Notes: generated from the letters alone by a model not told the origin. A stretch of 64,000 nucleotides of DNA from Candidatus Marinacidobacterales bacterium (GCA_965226495.1 OZ245365.1:160001-224000); one strand, 5' to 3'; shown: positions 27,873 through 38,265, numbered from the stretch's first letter. Numbers and translations are program-made.

Positions 27873-28982
27873 TCAGACACAAGCTCGATAGACCTCGAGA
27901 GTCCTCCGGGCCGTTTCCTCCCAGCTGAACTGCTTGGCGCGCTCCAGCCCCTTCTGGCGTAAGCCCGCGGCCTGGTCGGTGTCGGTCAAGACGGCTTCGA
28001 GGGTTGAGGCGATGGAGTCCTCGTCCTCGGGCTCTACCCAAGCCACCGCATCTCTGCCCACCTCGGGGAGTGCTCCCCGTCTCGAAGTCACGACCGGCGT
28101 ACCGCAGGCCATCGACTCGAGCACGGGTATCCCGAAGCCTTCTACCAGAGACGGGAAGGCGAAGAGCTCGGCCAAATTGTAGAAAGCGGGCAGATCTTCG
28201 TCCGGAACCGAGCTCAGTATGCGCACGCCCGCATCCTCCGATTTTCCCATTTCCTCGTCGATCGCTTCGAATTGGAAGTCCTTCTTCCCGATAAGAATCA
28301 ATTCGAGGGACGGCTCGACCTTTTCTCGAACCCGACGGAACGCACGGATCAGACGCACGAGGTTCTTTCGAGGCTCGATCCTCCCGACGTCGAGTATGAA
28401 GGGCCGTTGCAATTGGTAGCGTGTCTTGACGCGCGCGATGGCTTCCTCTTCATTGCCAAGGACCCGGAAACGATCGTGGTCCACAGCGTTTGGTATGGCC
28501 ACGACTTTTTCCTCGGGAAGGTCGTATTGCTCCAGGATCGCGCGTCGCGAGAACTCCGACACCGTGAGCACACGCCTCGCTCGACGTGCCGAGTGCCGGA
28601 TCAGCGCTATCGACGTTCGCGAGAAAGCTCCGACGAAGAGCTCGGGGTGAGTTTCGAACAAAACGTCGTGTATGGTAACGATCTCGGGGACTGCGGAAAC
28701 CGGCGGGCAGATGTACTGCGAGTGAAAGAGCGACAAGCGGTCGCGTAGTTCTAGTGCCGGGACTACGATCGGAAGACGAAGCCGCGCCGAAGCGGGGAAG
28801 ACGCGACGGTGCGTCACGCCCGGGGTGTCCAGGAGCTGCTCGGTTTCTTCGGGGTCAAAGCTGTAGACCAGGAGCTCTTCGTCCGTAGCGATCCGAGAGA
28901 GCTCTCGAATGAGGCTCAGGAGGTAAGTGCGGCTTCCCTGGGGCTTGCCGTTGAGGTGGTGGGCGTCGATGCCGATCCGCAC
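27873..28982 (-). CDS. Glycosyltransferase family 4
   Basis: GRIEPRKN, FPSLVEGFGIPVLESMACG. Confidence 0.9.
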   Translation of the reverse strand: MRIGIDAHHLNGKPQGSRTYLLSLIRELSRIATDEELLVYSFDPEETEQLLDTPGVTHRRVFPASARLRLPIVVPALELRDRLSLFHSQYICPPVSAVPEIVTIHDVLFETHPELFVGAFSRTSIALIRHSARRARRVLTVSEFSRRAILEQYDLPEEKVVAIPNAVDHDRFRVLGNEEEAIARVKTRYQLQRPFILDVGRIEPRKNLVRLIRAFRRVREKVEPSLELILIGKKDFQFEAIDEEMGKSEDAGVRILSSVPDEDLPAFYNLAELFAFPSLVEGFGIPVLESMACGTPVVTSRRGALPEVGRDAVAWVEPEDEDSIASTLEAVLTDTDQAAGLRQKGLERAKQFSWEETARRTLEVYRACV

Positions 28983-28997
28983 CGGGCAGTCCTGCCT

Positions 28998-29756
28998 TTA
29001 AGGTTGCCGCGGGGCAGGAGAACGTGGGTTGTTCCCGCCCGGATTCTGACGCCAGCCCGGCCCACGATTCCCGGGTTGCCCAGGCTGCTGTTGACCAGGG
29101 CGGCCGCCCGGCTGCCTCGCTCCCCCGGGGTTTTGTTGTCCCGGATCCCTCGCCGCAACGTAGATGAACAGCCACTCGTTGTATTTTTCTCCCGAGCCCA
29201 TCGTCCGCAAGAACAGTTCTTCCTTCTTCCCGGGTTTCCGAATGGCTTCTTCTTCGCTCGTGCTCGAGACCCCGATGATTCCGCCGAGCGCTTGCCCGGT
29301 CATGCTTCGCTGGCCGAGACCGCTCGACTGGCCGAGGGTCCGTTGAGGTAACTCAGACCGACCGCCGGCTCTCTGGCGCTGAACGCCGCCGGGGGTGGTG
29401 ATTCCTCTCATCTCGGGAGAGTTCTGTCGAAGGATTTTCCACTCGCCGTCTTCGCTCATCGGATCTTCGTATGCTTGGCGGAGGAACTTGTCCTTTACCA
29501 GAGCCTCCACCTTGGACGGGAAAGCTCCTGGATATTTTCTTTGGTACCGCTCGATGGCCCGGACGTACTGCTTGCCTCGCCAGAGAAGCTCCTCTTCCCG
29601 TTCTCGTTGGTTCACATGCTCCCAGACGGGGACCGCCGCCGCCATGAAGATGCCCATGATGACGAGACCGATGGCGATAGCCAGCAGGACGTAGCCGCGG
29701 TCATTACTATCGAGGGAAGATCGCAGAGGGGCGTGTGATCGGAAAGAGGGAGTCAT
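28998..29756 (-). CDS. Pseudopilin-like type II secretion protein
   Basis: Prepilin-like RG/YVLL hydrophobic N-terminus, REREEELLWRG, FLRQAYEDPM. Confidence 0.75.
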   Translation of the reverse strand: MTPSFRSHAPLRSSLDSNDRGYVLLAIAIGLVIMGIFMAAAVPVWEHVNQREREEELLWRGKQYVRAIERYQRKYPGAFPSKVEALVKDKFLRQAYEDPMSEDGEWKILRQNSPEMRGITTPGGVQRQRAGGRSELPQRTLGQSSGLGQRSMTGQALGGIIGVSSTSEEEAIRKPGKKEELFLRTMGSGEKYNEWLFIYVAARDPGQQNPGGARQPGGRPGQQQPGQPGNRGPGWRQNPGGNNPRSPAPRQP

Positions 29757-30475
29757 TGTTCGATCGCGGCTTCGCCGGGATTGCCGCCCGCCTTTCGGTA
29801 GAGATCCAAAACCCGACGGACGTAGTTTTTCGTCTCCTTGTAGGGAGGGATGCCACCATGGCGGGAGACCGCGGTCGGACCCGCGTTATAGGCGGCAAGT
29901 GCCAATGACAGGTCGCGATGACCATCGATCTGTTGCTTCAAGTACCGAGCTCCCCCATCGACGTTCTGAGTCGGATCCATGACGTCGACGACACCCAGAC
30001 TACGAGCGGTCTCCGGCATCAGCTGCATGAGGCCTTTGGCTCCCTTACGCGAGACGGCGTTCGGGTCGCCGCTCGATTCGACCCAGATGACCGCTGCCAC
30101 CAGGCGCGAGTCCAGTCCGTACTTTTCGGCCGCCGGCTCGATGACCGGCGCGAGTTGGGGAAGCAAGGGGAGGGCGGCAAGCGCGGGCTCAGGAGCGATC
30201 TCATTGGGGACGATGTTGGCAACGAGCTCCGGGTCTACCGTGACCTCACCGCCACCGGTGAGAAATAACGTGATGAGCTCGTCCTCACGGTGGTAACGGT
30301 CGATGTACAGAATCTTTCCGCTCGCCATGACCGCGATCTCGGCGGTGGCGTTCGTTACTGCCGCCAGAGAGACAGCGAGCAGCATAAATAAGGTTGGCCT
30401 CCTTCCTTTACTCCCTCTCCCTTTGGGAGAGGGTGGGGTGAGGGCGGGGGGAAGAATCGTGAGCCGCACGTTCAC
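29753..30475 (-). CDS. Lytic transglycosylase (SLT)
   Basis: VES, GAKGLMQLMP, AAYNAG, ETKNYV; a REP lies in the 5' end. Confidence 0.9.
   Translation of the reverse strand: MNVRLTILPPALTPPSPKGRGSKGRRPTLFMLLAVSLAAVTNATAEIAVMASGKILYIDRYHREDELITLFLTGGGEVTVDPELVANIVPNEIAPEPALAALPLLPQLAPVIEPAAEKYGLDSRLVAAVIWVESSGDPNAVSRKGAKGLMQLMPETARSLGVVDVMDPTQNVDGGARYLKQQIDGHRDLSLALAAYNAGPTAVSRHGGIPPYKETKNYVRRVLDLYRKAGGNPGEAAIEQ
30396..30444. repeat. REP-like element inside the SLT gene 5' end
   Basis: GGCCTCCTTCCTTTACTCCCTCTCCCTTTGGGAGAGGGTGGGGTGAGGG. Confidence 0.75.
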
Positions 30476-30480
30476 TGCCG

Positions 30481-30975
30481 CTACTCGTCCCTATTTCCTT
30501 CGAAGGCCACGTCGACGGTGGTGCAAACCTCTCCGGTAGGGTCCTCGTTCTTACGAATGTCGTTGACGCTGTTGATGAGTCCGCCACGGACTATATTCCG
30601 GCCCTCGAAACGGCCGGAGATGGTATAGCTCCCGGCGTGGATTATCTTCTTGTCCTTGTTCTCCCAGTCCACGGTGGTGAGGAAGGCGTTGTCAACGACG
30701 CGCGCTTCGAATCCGTCGAAGGTCACTCGCCAACGACCGTTGGTGCACTCGTGGTGAATGTTGATGCGGCCGTTCACGACGCGTCCGCCGCTGGTCACGT
30801 CGAAGGCGATGCGTCGTCCTTGTGTCGAGGATGTTTCCCAGTGGCCGGCGATGTTGAAGTCGCTCGCGCGTGGAGGAGGTACCGGCCCTGGGGCCGCGGG
30901 GAGAGGCGTATTGAGGTCGTCGCAAGAAGTGAAGCTCACCAACAACAGGCAAACGAGAAGCGCGGAAGGTTTCAT
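30481..30975 (-). CDS. Hypothetical lipoprotein
   Basis: Signal peptide with lipobox FTSC; tight operon spacing. Confidence 0.6.
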   Translation of the reverse strand: MKPSALLVCLLLVSFTSCDDLNTPLPAAPGPVPPPRASDFNIAGHWETSSTQGRRIAFDVTSGGRVVNGRINIHHECTNGRWRVTFDGFEARVVDNAFLTTVDWENKDKKIIHAGSYTISGRFEGRNIVRGGLINSVNDIRKNEDPTGEVCTTVDVAFEGNRDE

Positions 30976-30976
30976 C

Positions 30977-32236
30977 TTAGCTCGCCGTGTATCCACCAGC
31001 GAGGCTGCCTGTGCCCCCGTCGGGATTGATCACGGTCACGGAGAACGAAGTTCCCGCTGCCACTGTAATGTCGACCGTGATGGTGACCGATAGCTGGGTG
31101 CTCGACCCGAAGATCACGCTATTGACGACGATCCCACCTGGCGAGAAGCCGACGGTGGCGCCGTTTTGAAAGTCGGTCCCGTTAATCGTGAGGTTGACGG
31201 TGACCGGATCGCGGGCGCCACTGGAGGGTGGTGAGACCGAAGTGATCTGCGGTGAAGGCGCTGCTCCCGGGGTGATGACCAAGAAGGCATCACTCAGGCT
31301 GCCGCTCGAGCCGTCGGGGTTCGTCACGGTGACCGTACGGCCTTGAGTCTCGACGCGAGCGTTCTGATCGATGGTGATGCTCACGCGCAGCTCAGTGCTG
31401 CTGATGTAGTTGACGTTGTTGATGGCGATGCCCTGACCGAAGCTGACCGAACCCCCGGGCAGGAAGTTCGAGCCGGTGATCGTGACGTTGAGCGTGTCAC
31501 CCGGCGCGCCCGAGCTCGGGAAGACGGAGCTTACGATCGGGTTGAGGACCGTCCCGCGCGAGACCGTCGTGCTCCCGGTCACCGTACCGGAGGTGGCGGT
31601 CACGGTGGCGGAGGACTCGTTCTCCAAGGTCAGCCGATCGGACGTCTGGCCGAGCTCGTTGGTCCGTAGGATGGACGACTCGGAAGCCAGGTTACCCGCG
31701 GTCGTGCTGAAGACGAGGGGCACGTCCGACAAGGCGTTGTTGTCGTTATCGAAAACGGTGGCCACGATCCGCGACGTGAAGTCCGGCGGTCCCACGGTAG
31801 CCGGGTTGGCGGTGACCAGGATGTTGATGCCTGTCGCATTGCCGATAAGCACCGGGTTGGCCAGGGTGGCGGTGATTCCCGCCCCCGAGCGAGCTTCGAC
31901 CGTGGCGAGGCCGGCTCGGCCATTGCTCCTTAGAAAGCCGCGCGCCACACCGTTTTGTATATCCACGCGCTCTTCGATGAGGCCGACGTTGGTGGTGAAG
32001 AAGATCTGCGTTCCATCGGGGAGCGTGCCGCCGCCGTCGTCGGCGCTCTTGAAGCCGGTAACGGTGATGGTGGAGACCCCGTTCAAGGCCGGAATGGCGG
32101 AGGGGTTGGCGGAGATCGAGAGCTCCGAGCCCGCGGTAGCGGTCAGGGGCACGCTGTCACAGCGAATCAGTGAAACCAATGCCACGACCATGGTAATGAG
32201 AGAACCAGCGAAGAGAGTACGGCGGGTGTTTCTCAT
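30977..32236 (-). CDS. Ig-like / IPT-TIG repeat surface protein
   Basis: Thr/Ser/Gly-rich, ITGSNF and INGTDF, VTVTNPDG motifs, signal peptide ending at Cys. Confidence 0.75.
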   Translation of the reverse strand: MRNTRRTLFAGSLITMVVALVSLIRCDSVPLTATAGSELSISANPSAIPALNGVSTITVTGFKSADDGGGTLPDGTQIFFTTNVGLIEERVDIQNGVARGFLRSNGRAGLATVEARSGAGITATLANPVLIGNATGINILVTANPATVGPPDFTSRIVATVFDNDNNALSDVPLVFSTTAGNLASESSILRTNELGQTSDRLTLENESSATVTATSGTVTGSTTVSRGTVLNPIVSSVFPSSGAPGDTLNVTITGSNFLPGGSVSFGQGIAINNVNYISSTELRVSITIDQNARVETQGRTVTVTNPDGSSGSLSDAFLVITPGAAPSPQITSVSPPSSGARDPVTVNLTINGTDFQNGATVGFSPGGIVVNSVIFGSSTQLSVTITVDITVAAGTSFSVTVINPDGGTGSLAGGYTAS

Positions 32237-34518
32237 TGGACCTCGATACGCGCCGACGCAAAGCTCGCGGGGATGGCCCCGCCGTCCGGATCGCGGAAAC
32301 TTCCCGCGGCACTCACGGTACGTGATCCGGGAGAGGTCGGCTCCAGAACCAGGCGCAGCACATGACCCGAGCCGCGCAGACCCACCGTGTCGCCCTTGCG
32401 AGAGAATTCGACACGGATGCGGCCTTTGTCGACGAACGGTACGAATGAAACTTCTTTGCCATCGATGGAAAGAAAAGGGCCCGGTTGGACTTCGACGACG
32501 TCGAACGCGCTGGCGTCGAACGTGATGTTGATTTCCCCCGAGGATAGGCGTTCGGCCCCGCCGGCGATCAAGGCCAGCTCCACCTTTTGCCCAGGAGATG
32601 TTTGGGTTCGAGGCGGGGTGAAGACGACGGTAATCGGGCCTACGCGAGGCGAGGCCGCGCGTGGCCCCTCGTCGTCTGGAGGCGGCTGGACGTCTTCGCC
32701 TAGAGGGCTAGCCGGGCTCGGCGAGGCCGGTGCCTCAGCCGGAGTCGCGCCCTGCGGTTCGCGGGGTGGTTCTTCCTGGGCCTCTGGCTCTCCGAAAGGC
32801 GACGGCCTGGCTCCCGGTACGCGGATGGCTTGCTCGGTTCCAATGGGGAGCGAAAGCAGGTCCTCTACGGTCACGCGGGGTGCGCGGACGATTTGCGGGG
32901 TCACGGAGAAAACGACATCTTGTTGAGACGACTCGTGCCGATTGCCTGCAAAGATCTTGTTCAAAATAGGCGTATCAACGACTCCAGGCAATCCTGCAAT
33001 CGTCCGACGATCCTCCTCGCTGATCAGTCCTCCGATCATGGTCGTCTCGCCGTCCCTCAAGCGGACGGTGTTATTCACCTGGCGTAGTCCAAAAACCGGC
33101 AGGTCGATGCCGGCGATGGTCCTGGTGTCTAGTTGCGCGCTGGTCTCTAGGGACAGCTGCAGCTCGATCTCACCGTTCACGAAAACCTTGGGTGTGATCT
33201 CGACGTTGATGCCTACGTTTCGGTACTGGAACGACGTTACCGGCGTGTTCGGCACGCCACCGGTTCCTATCTGGGACACGAAGGAGGTTACGGGCACCGG
33301 TACCTCCTGGCCTAGATTCAGTCGGGCTGGCTGGCCTTCCATCGCTCGGAGCTTGGGCGATGCCAGAATGCGCACCTCGCCGCTGGATTTGAATAGCCGA
33401 TACATGGCAGAGGACGGAAACGTGACCGTCCAATCGGATGAATCGAGGGAGGCGAGGCGGTTCAACCGAAACGTCGTTTTACCGTCTTGCAGTGTCGAGC
33501 CTCCCGGCGCCAGCGTCATCCCGATCTCGTACTCGGAAGCCCTAAGCCCGAACTCCAATAGCTTGTTCCGGTTGACCTCCAAAATCTCGATGTTGAGGAT
33601 GATCTCCGACTTGCTCTTGTCGTTGAGCTCCACGATCCGTTCCGCCACCGCCACTTGGTCCGGTGTGGCGCGCACGGTGATGGCTTTGAGCTCCGGGTTG
33701 GGCTGCACACGCTGGATGCCGGCGATGGTGCGCAGCATGTTGGCAATGGTATTGACTTCGGCGTTGGTGATGAAGAACGTGCGCAAGACGAGGTCGTCGT
33801 ACTGGCGATGTTTTTGTGCGTTGTCGGGGACGACGATGATCGTCGAGGGATCCACGACCTTGTAGAACAGGCGATAGATCAAGACGAGCTTGTCGAGCGC
33901 TTCGTGAAAGGAAACGTCCACCAAGTTGATGGTCACCCGTTTGTCCCGGAAGGCCTCGTCGAACAGGATGTTGATCCCGGAAAGAGTCGAGAGCACCTCG
34001 AAGATCTTCTGAAGACTCGTGTCCTGAGCGAATCGCAAATTGATGGGGGCGGAGGAGGATGGCTCCAGCACCGGCTGTGTGGCGCGGAGCTGCCGGGCTT
34101 GGGCGCGGCGTTGTTGGAAGCTGGACGCTTCGTCTCTTCTCGCCTCCCGCTCGGACAAGGCGCGGCGTGCCTCGGTGAGTTGATCCTGGGCGTACTTGTT
34201 GGAGGGATCCAGCTGGGCGGCGAGCATGAATTCCTCAATCGCCTTTTCCAGATCCTGGCTCGCAAGGTGCTTGCGCGCTTCCTTGACGTGGAAATTGGCG
34301 GACTCGATGAGCGACCGCTCGAGCGCCATGCGGTACTCGATGTTGTCCGGGTCCTCGCGAACCGCCCGGGTGTAGTGCACGACCGCGGCGTCCCAGTTGT
34401 CTTGCTGGGCTTGCTGGTTGCCGCTCTTGAAGGCGCTCTTGGACGCGCTACAGCCAGCGAGCCAAACCAGAATGCCTGCCACCAGGAGCAGCCTGGATGG
34501 TCTGGACCTGCTCTTCAT
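32233..34518 (-). CDS. Secretin (GspD-like) with N-terminal lipoprotein/TPR region and C-terminal cohesin-like domain
   Basis: LAGC lipobox, LASPKL, YRNVGINVEITP, VRLRDGETTMIGGLI; C-terminal beta-sandwich. Confidence 0.88.
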   Translation of the reverse strand: MKSRSRPSRLLLVAGILVWLAGCSASKSAFKSGNQQAQQDNWDAAVVHYTRAVREDPDNIEYRMALERSLIESANFHVKEARKHLASQDLEKAIEEFMLAAQLDPSNKYAQDQLTEARRALSEREARRDEASSFQQRRAQARQLRATQPVLEPSSSAPINLRFAQDTSLQKIFEVLSTLSGINILFDEAFRDKRVTINLVDVSFHEALDKLVLIYRLFYKVVDPSTIIVVPDNAQKHRQYDDLVLRTFFITNAEVNTIANMLRTIAGIQRVQPNPELKAITVRATPDQVAVAERIVELNDKSKSEIILNIEILEVNRNKLLEFGLRASEYEIGMTLAPGGSTLQDGKTTFRLNRLASLDSSDWTVTFPSSAMYRLFKSSGEVRILASPKLRAMEGQPARLNLGQEVPVPVTSFVSQIGTGGVPNTPVTSFQYRNVGINVEITPKVFVNGEIELQLSLETSAQLDTRTIAGIDLPVFGLRQVNNTVRLRDGETTMIGGLISEEDRRTIAGLPGVVDTPILNKIFAGNRHESSQQDVVFSVTPQIVRAPRVTVEDLLSLPIGTEQAIRVPGARPSPFGEPEAQEEPPREPQGATPAEAPASPSPASPLGEDVQPPPDDEGPRAASPRVGPITVVFTPPRTQTSPGQKVELALIAGGAERLSSGEINITFDASAFDVVEVQPGPFLSIDGKEVSFVPFVDKGRIRVEFSRKGDTVGLRGSGHVLRLVLEPTSPGSRTVSAAGSFRDPDGGAIPASFASARIEVQ

Positions 34519-34532
34519 TTAATAAGAGCCTC

Positions 34533-35096
34533 TCAATTGGATCGAAGGGGGATGCGCTGCGTTTGATCGGAGCCCGGCACCCCCAGCGTCACCGACTCGA
34601 GACCGATTTGGACAATTTTGTAGCGATTGGCCACTAGATCTCCCTCGGCTCCAGTTAGTATCTCCTGCCCATCGAGAAAAACAGCATATTTCTTTTTTTC
34701 TCCCGCCTTCGTTCTCGTTTCCACAAAGCCCGCGAACTTGAGGTCGATGCGCGCCGGTGCGGTGGTCCGAGGGGGAGCGGGTTGCGTCGTGCGCGTCGGC
34801 GTCGTGCGCGTCGGCCTCGGGGTCGGTCGGGGAGGAGTGTCGCTCACCGGCGGTGGCCCATAGTCGAAGAGGTTTCGACCTCTCCCGGCATACTCCGGGA
34901 TTTCGGTCAAGAGTCCGGCGAGATCCACCGATTCCTTGACGTCTCCCACCTTACCCTTTCGTGATCGGCGCGAGTTGTTGCGGGAGGCAGGCGAGCCCGA
35001 CTGCCCCGTGTCCGGAGCCTCGCCGCATCCTGCGAGAGCGCCAAGCAAGACGACGGAGAGGACGATGCCAGGCCTTTTCATGTTCTTCGCTGTCAT
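34533..35096 (-). CDS. Hypothetical lipoprotein of secretion cluster (PilP/GspC-like position)
   Basis: LAGC lipobox, RNLFDY, EGDLVANRYKIVQI. Confidence 0.6.
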   Translation of the reverse strand: MTAKNMKRPGIVLSVVLLGALAGCGEAPDTGQSGSPASRNNSRRSRKGKVGDVKESVDLAGLLTEIPEYAGRGRNLFDYGPPPVSDTPPRPTPRPTRTTPTRTTQPAPPRTTAPARIDLKFAGFVETRTKAGEKKKYAVFLDGQEILTGAEGDLVANRYKIVQIGLESVTLGVPGSDQTQRIPLRSN

Positions 35097-35486
35097 CTAC
35101 CACTCGTTGTATGGAAGGCCGTGCGAGCCGATGCGGTTCGAAAAACTCCGCACGTCATAGACACCGGGCTCTTGGTCCGGTTGTTCCGAATCGTACTCCG
35201 CGAAGATCTCCTCCCACTGGTTGCTCTCGGTCATTGGATCGCGCGGAAGCTCCTTTAAATACTTGGCATCGACCAACGCTTCGAGGGAGGCCGGATATTC
35301 ATCCCGGTCCGCTCTGTACTGGTCGATTCGGTCACGGAGGGTGGCCAGATTGTGCTCCAACACCGACTCTTTGGTAGCAAGGACCTGGGCCCGGTAAACC
35401 GGTATCGCGATCGATATCAGGATGCCCAAGAGCGTAATGACCATCACCAGCTCGACGAACGTAAAGCCACGGTTCTTACCAGTCAC
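35097..35486 (-). CDS. GspG-like pseudopilin
   Basis: RG/FTFVELVMVI prepilin motif, YPASLEALV..LPRDPMT. Confidence 0.85.
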   Translation of the reverse strand: MTGKNRGFTFVELVMVITLLGILISIAIPVYRAQVLATKESVLEHNLATLRDRIDQYRADRDEYPASLEALVDAKYLKELPRDPMTESNQWEEIFAEYDSEQPDQEPGVYDVRSFSNRIGSHGLPYNEW

Positions 35487-35940
35487 TGTATTTCGTCCCG
35501 TCGAGCGCCGTTCCTGCGCTGGCCGTGTACACATCGTAGATGTTTTGCCCACCCCAGATCGTGGAGTCGGGCTCGTCCTGATACGAGCGGAGTCCCCATT
35601 CCGTAGAGTGCGTCATGGGATCGATGGGAATACGCCTAAGGAACTTCAGCTTTTTGTCGATCGCTCCAACTTGAGACACCCCGTCGACCAAGATCTCCAA
35701 TTCCTTGGGATAACCCTCGCTTCCTAACTGGACGTCGTTTCCGCCGATGAGACCGAGGTCGACCGCTTGTTTGAAATTGTCGATGGCGTCCCGCATGATG
35801 CGCAGGTCGCGTCTCAGCTCGACCTCTTTGGCCCGCTTGGCGGTGACCTCGGCGACCGGTATTATCGCCGCCGCCAGTATCGCCAAGATGAAAGTGGCGA
35901 TCACCAACTCCAAGTACGTAAAGCCTCGTTCTCGCCTCAT
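35476..35940 (-). CDS. GspG-like pseudopilin
   Basis: RG/FTYLELVIA prepilin motif, FLRRIPIDPMT. Confidence 0.85.
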   Translation of the reverse strand: MRRERGFTYLELVIATFILAILAAAIIPVAEVTAKRAKEVELRRDLRIMRDAIDNFKQAVDLGLIGGNDVQLGSEGYPKELEILVDGVSQVGAIDKKLKFLRRIPIDPMTHSTEWGLRSYQDEPDSTIWGGQNIYDVYTASAGTALDGTKYSDW

Positions 35941-36527
35941 CGTCCAGTAGACGCCGGCCCCTCGCTCGGCTTCAGAAAAAAGGCCACGTCGCATCTCAAT
36001 GCCAGTTGTCCCTCGTTGGCGTCCCGGAGCGCGATCTCACGCACTAGGAAGAACCGTTCCGACCGTTCCATGAGATTGACGAAACGCAATAGATTGAAGT
36101 AAGACCCCTCGAGCGGCATCCTGACTTTCATTTCGCTCAGTCCAACCGGGAGCACATCCTCGGAGTAGGAGGTTCGACCGCGCGCCACGCCGGTCTGCTT
36201 TGCCAGACGATCGAGCTCGGCCACCGCGTCGGTCAAGCCGGGAGTACGCGGTTGGACGACTTCGGACCAAAATTCTTCCGCGACGGCATCGTTTCTCGCA
36301 ATGCGCTCCTGCTCGGTTCGAAGGTCGTCGAGTGCGGTCTGGCGAGACACTAACTCCCCGGTAAGCGATGTTTCCTCTTTGGCCAGACGCTCCTGCTTAG
36401 TCGCCAACCGGTAGGTCACCACCCCGTAGACCACTAGGTTGGCGAGAGCCAGGCTTACGAGCGACAGATAGAATCGTCGTTTCTGCCAGAACGGGCGGAG
36501 ATCCAATCCGGCGGTCGTCTCCGTCAC
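35937..36527 (-). CDS. PilO/GspM-like protein
   Basis: Single TM, coiled coil, LEGSYFNLLRFVNLME. Confidence 0.7.
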   Translation of the reverse strand: MTETTAGLDLRPFWQKRRFYLSLVSLALANLVVYGVVTYRLATKQERLAKEETSLTGELVSRQTALDDLRTEQERIARNDAVAEEFWSEVVQPRTPGLTDAVAELDRLAKQTGVARGRTSYSEDVLPVGLSEMKVRMPLEGSYFNLLRFVNLMERSERFFLVREIALRDANEGQLALRCDVAFFLKPSEGPASTGR

Positions 36528-37249
36528 CGTTCCTCCAGCGCTTCGCTCGCAGAGCCCGTCGGGGCATCTTCTTCGATGGCGTCATCGTCAGTTTCTTCGG
36601 CTTCCGCCGGGTCAGGCTCTTCGGCTTCCGCCGGCTCGGCATTTTCTACAGGCTCTTCAGTTTTACTCGGGGGCGCGTCTTCTTCAGCAAGATAGCGCAG
36701 TGTGACGGTCGCCGCCACCTCGCCGCCTTCTTTCTGCAGCGCTTCGCTGACCGGCATGACCGTACCGAAGTAGCGGTTTTCCTCGAGACTTTGGACGAGC
36801 TCCAAGAGGTCTGCCAGGGAGCGGCCGATCGTCATCAGCTTCACCTCGATCACTCCTCTTGCCGCACTCGGGGAGATGGAAGTGATGCGGACGTTTCGGG
36901 GAACCACTTCCTCCAACTGGTTGAACAGCTCGGTCCAAGAAAAGCCTTTTTGGCGGTAGACGTCCGCGAGAAACTCGATGCGTTGGGTCATCAACTCGTT
37001 TCGTTGCGCCCGAAGCTCTGACCTGGTGCCAGAAATGTCGGTGTCCAAGCTGGTGAGCTGCTCCCCCATGGATTGGACCTTGAGATCGAGGTCTTCCGCT
37101 TCCCGCAGTAGGTAGCGAGTGAGGACCACGCCGTGCCATAAGGTGGCCGCCACGAGGCTCACCGCCGCGATCCCGAAAAGGAGCTGGGGGAGACGCTCGT
37201 TACGAAATCCGACCTTTGCGAAGTTGAGGGGCGAGTCCGTCGTCTTCAT
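36524..37249 (-). CDS. PilN-like protein
   Basis: LNFA N-terminus, TM, SWTELFNQLEEVVPRNVRITSI. Confidence 0.72.
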   Translation of the reverse strand: MKTTDSPLNFAKVGFRNERLPQLLFGIAAVSLVAATLWHGVVLTRYLLREAEDLDLKVQSMGEQLTSLDTDISGTRSELRAQRNELMTQRIEFLADVYRQKGFSWTELFNQLEEVVPRNVRITSISPSAARGVIEVKLMTIGRSLADLLELVQSLEENRYFGTVMPVSEALQKEGGEVAATVTLRYLAEEDAPPSKTEEPVENAEPAEAEEPDPAEAEETDDDAIEEDAPTGSASEALEER

Positions 37250-37254
37250 CAGGG

Positions 37255-38265
37255 TCAGGCCGCCTTTCCCCGCGCGACGCCGGATGCGGCACCGGCCGCC
37301 GTGGCCAGCGGCTCGGCCACCGTCAGGTGGCTGCCGACCGTCACCGCTCGATGGAGATCGAACGGCTCGGCGGGCACCTCGAACTGATCCTCGAGCAATT
37401 CGGCCAGGTCTCCGAGGTCGAGACGCAGGGAGCGGTAATAGATTCTGGCTAGAGAGTCGCCCCCCAGCTTTTCCTTGTAATAAATGAGAGTGGAAAGAAG
37501 CTCTCTGAGGATTCCTTCAATCTGGTAGCTCGGTGCTTTTGGAGACACCAAGCCCTCGGCATCGAGCAGGGGGGAGCGGTGTCCCACGGTGCGCATGAGA
37601 ACCGGCTGGTTACGGTTCCGGACGAGGGTCAATGTGAAATAGGTCTCTTCGAGGTTGAGAAAGAGATAGTCTTGCTCCGGCGTCAAACTCTCAGCGACCA
37701 CACCCTCCCAGAGCTTGAGCAGGCTGAGTGATGAGGTCTCGATGACCCCCAGGTGGAATCCGAGCCCATCGAACAGTGTCTCGTATTGGCTGACGACCTC
37801 CTCGTGCAAGACGCCGGTGAGGAAGCTGGGGTTGGTGCCGGGAACAGGTTGGAAGGCCAGCCTGGCTTCACTCACCTCGAAGGGGAGCGCCTTCTTCATC
37901 CGGAAACGGAGTAGCTCTTCGGCTTCGGCCCGGGAACGAGGATTCTCGGGCAGCTCCTGTACCGAGATGCGGGCCAGAATGTCGGGCAGCGTAAGGCCCA
38001 GGCGGTTGCCCTGGATGCCGGCCTCTTCGAAGAGATTTCCGAGGAAATTGCCGAGCGCCTCGGTTTCGCTAAGGTTTGGGCTGAGCATCGAGAAGTCGAC
38101 GACTCCTGACGGGAGAGGGGCCCGCAGGCAAAGGTTCATCTCGCCGCTTCCGTTGTCACCGAAACGGGCGACGATAATTTCGCCGGGGCGAAACTCTACT
38201 CCCACTCCGGGTGGCTCCGGCTCCAGGAGCCATCGCTTTAGCTGACTAAGTCGGTGTTTAGACAA
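37255..38265 (-). CDS. PilM-like protein
   Basis: Position between ATPase and PilN; LRFRMKKALPF motif. Confidence 0.68.
   Translation of the reverse strand: MSKHRLSQLKRWLLEPEPPGVGVEFRPGEIIVARFGDNGSGEMNLCLRAPLPSGVVDFSMLSPNLSETEALGNFLGNLFEEAGIQGNRLGLTLPDILARISVQELPENPRSRAEAEELLRFRMKKALPFEVSEARLAFQPVPGTNPSFLTGVLHEEVVSQYETLFDGLGFHLGVIETSSLSLLKLWEGVVAESLTPEQDYLFLNLEETYFTLTLVRNRNQPVLMRTVGHRSPLLDAEGLVSPKAPSYQIEGILRELLSTLIYYKEKLGGDSLARIYYRSLRLDLGDLAELLEDQFEVPAEPFDLHRAVTVGSHLTVAEPLATAAGAASGVARGKAA

Noticed and set aside
31476-34566. Long plus-strand ORFs (349, 307, 303 aa) over the secretion operon
   Set aside because: Antisense shadow ORFs typical of high-GC coding DNA; no recognisable motifs
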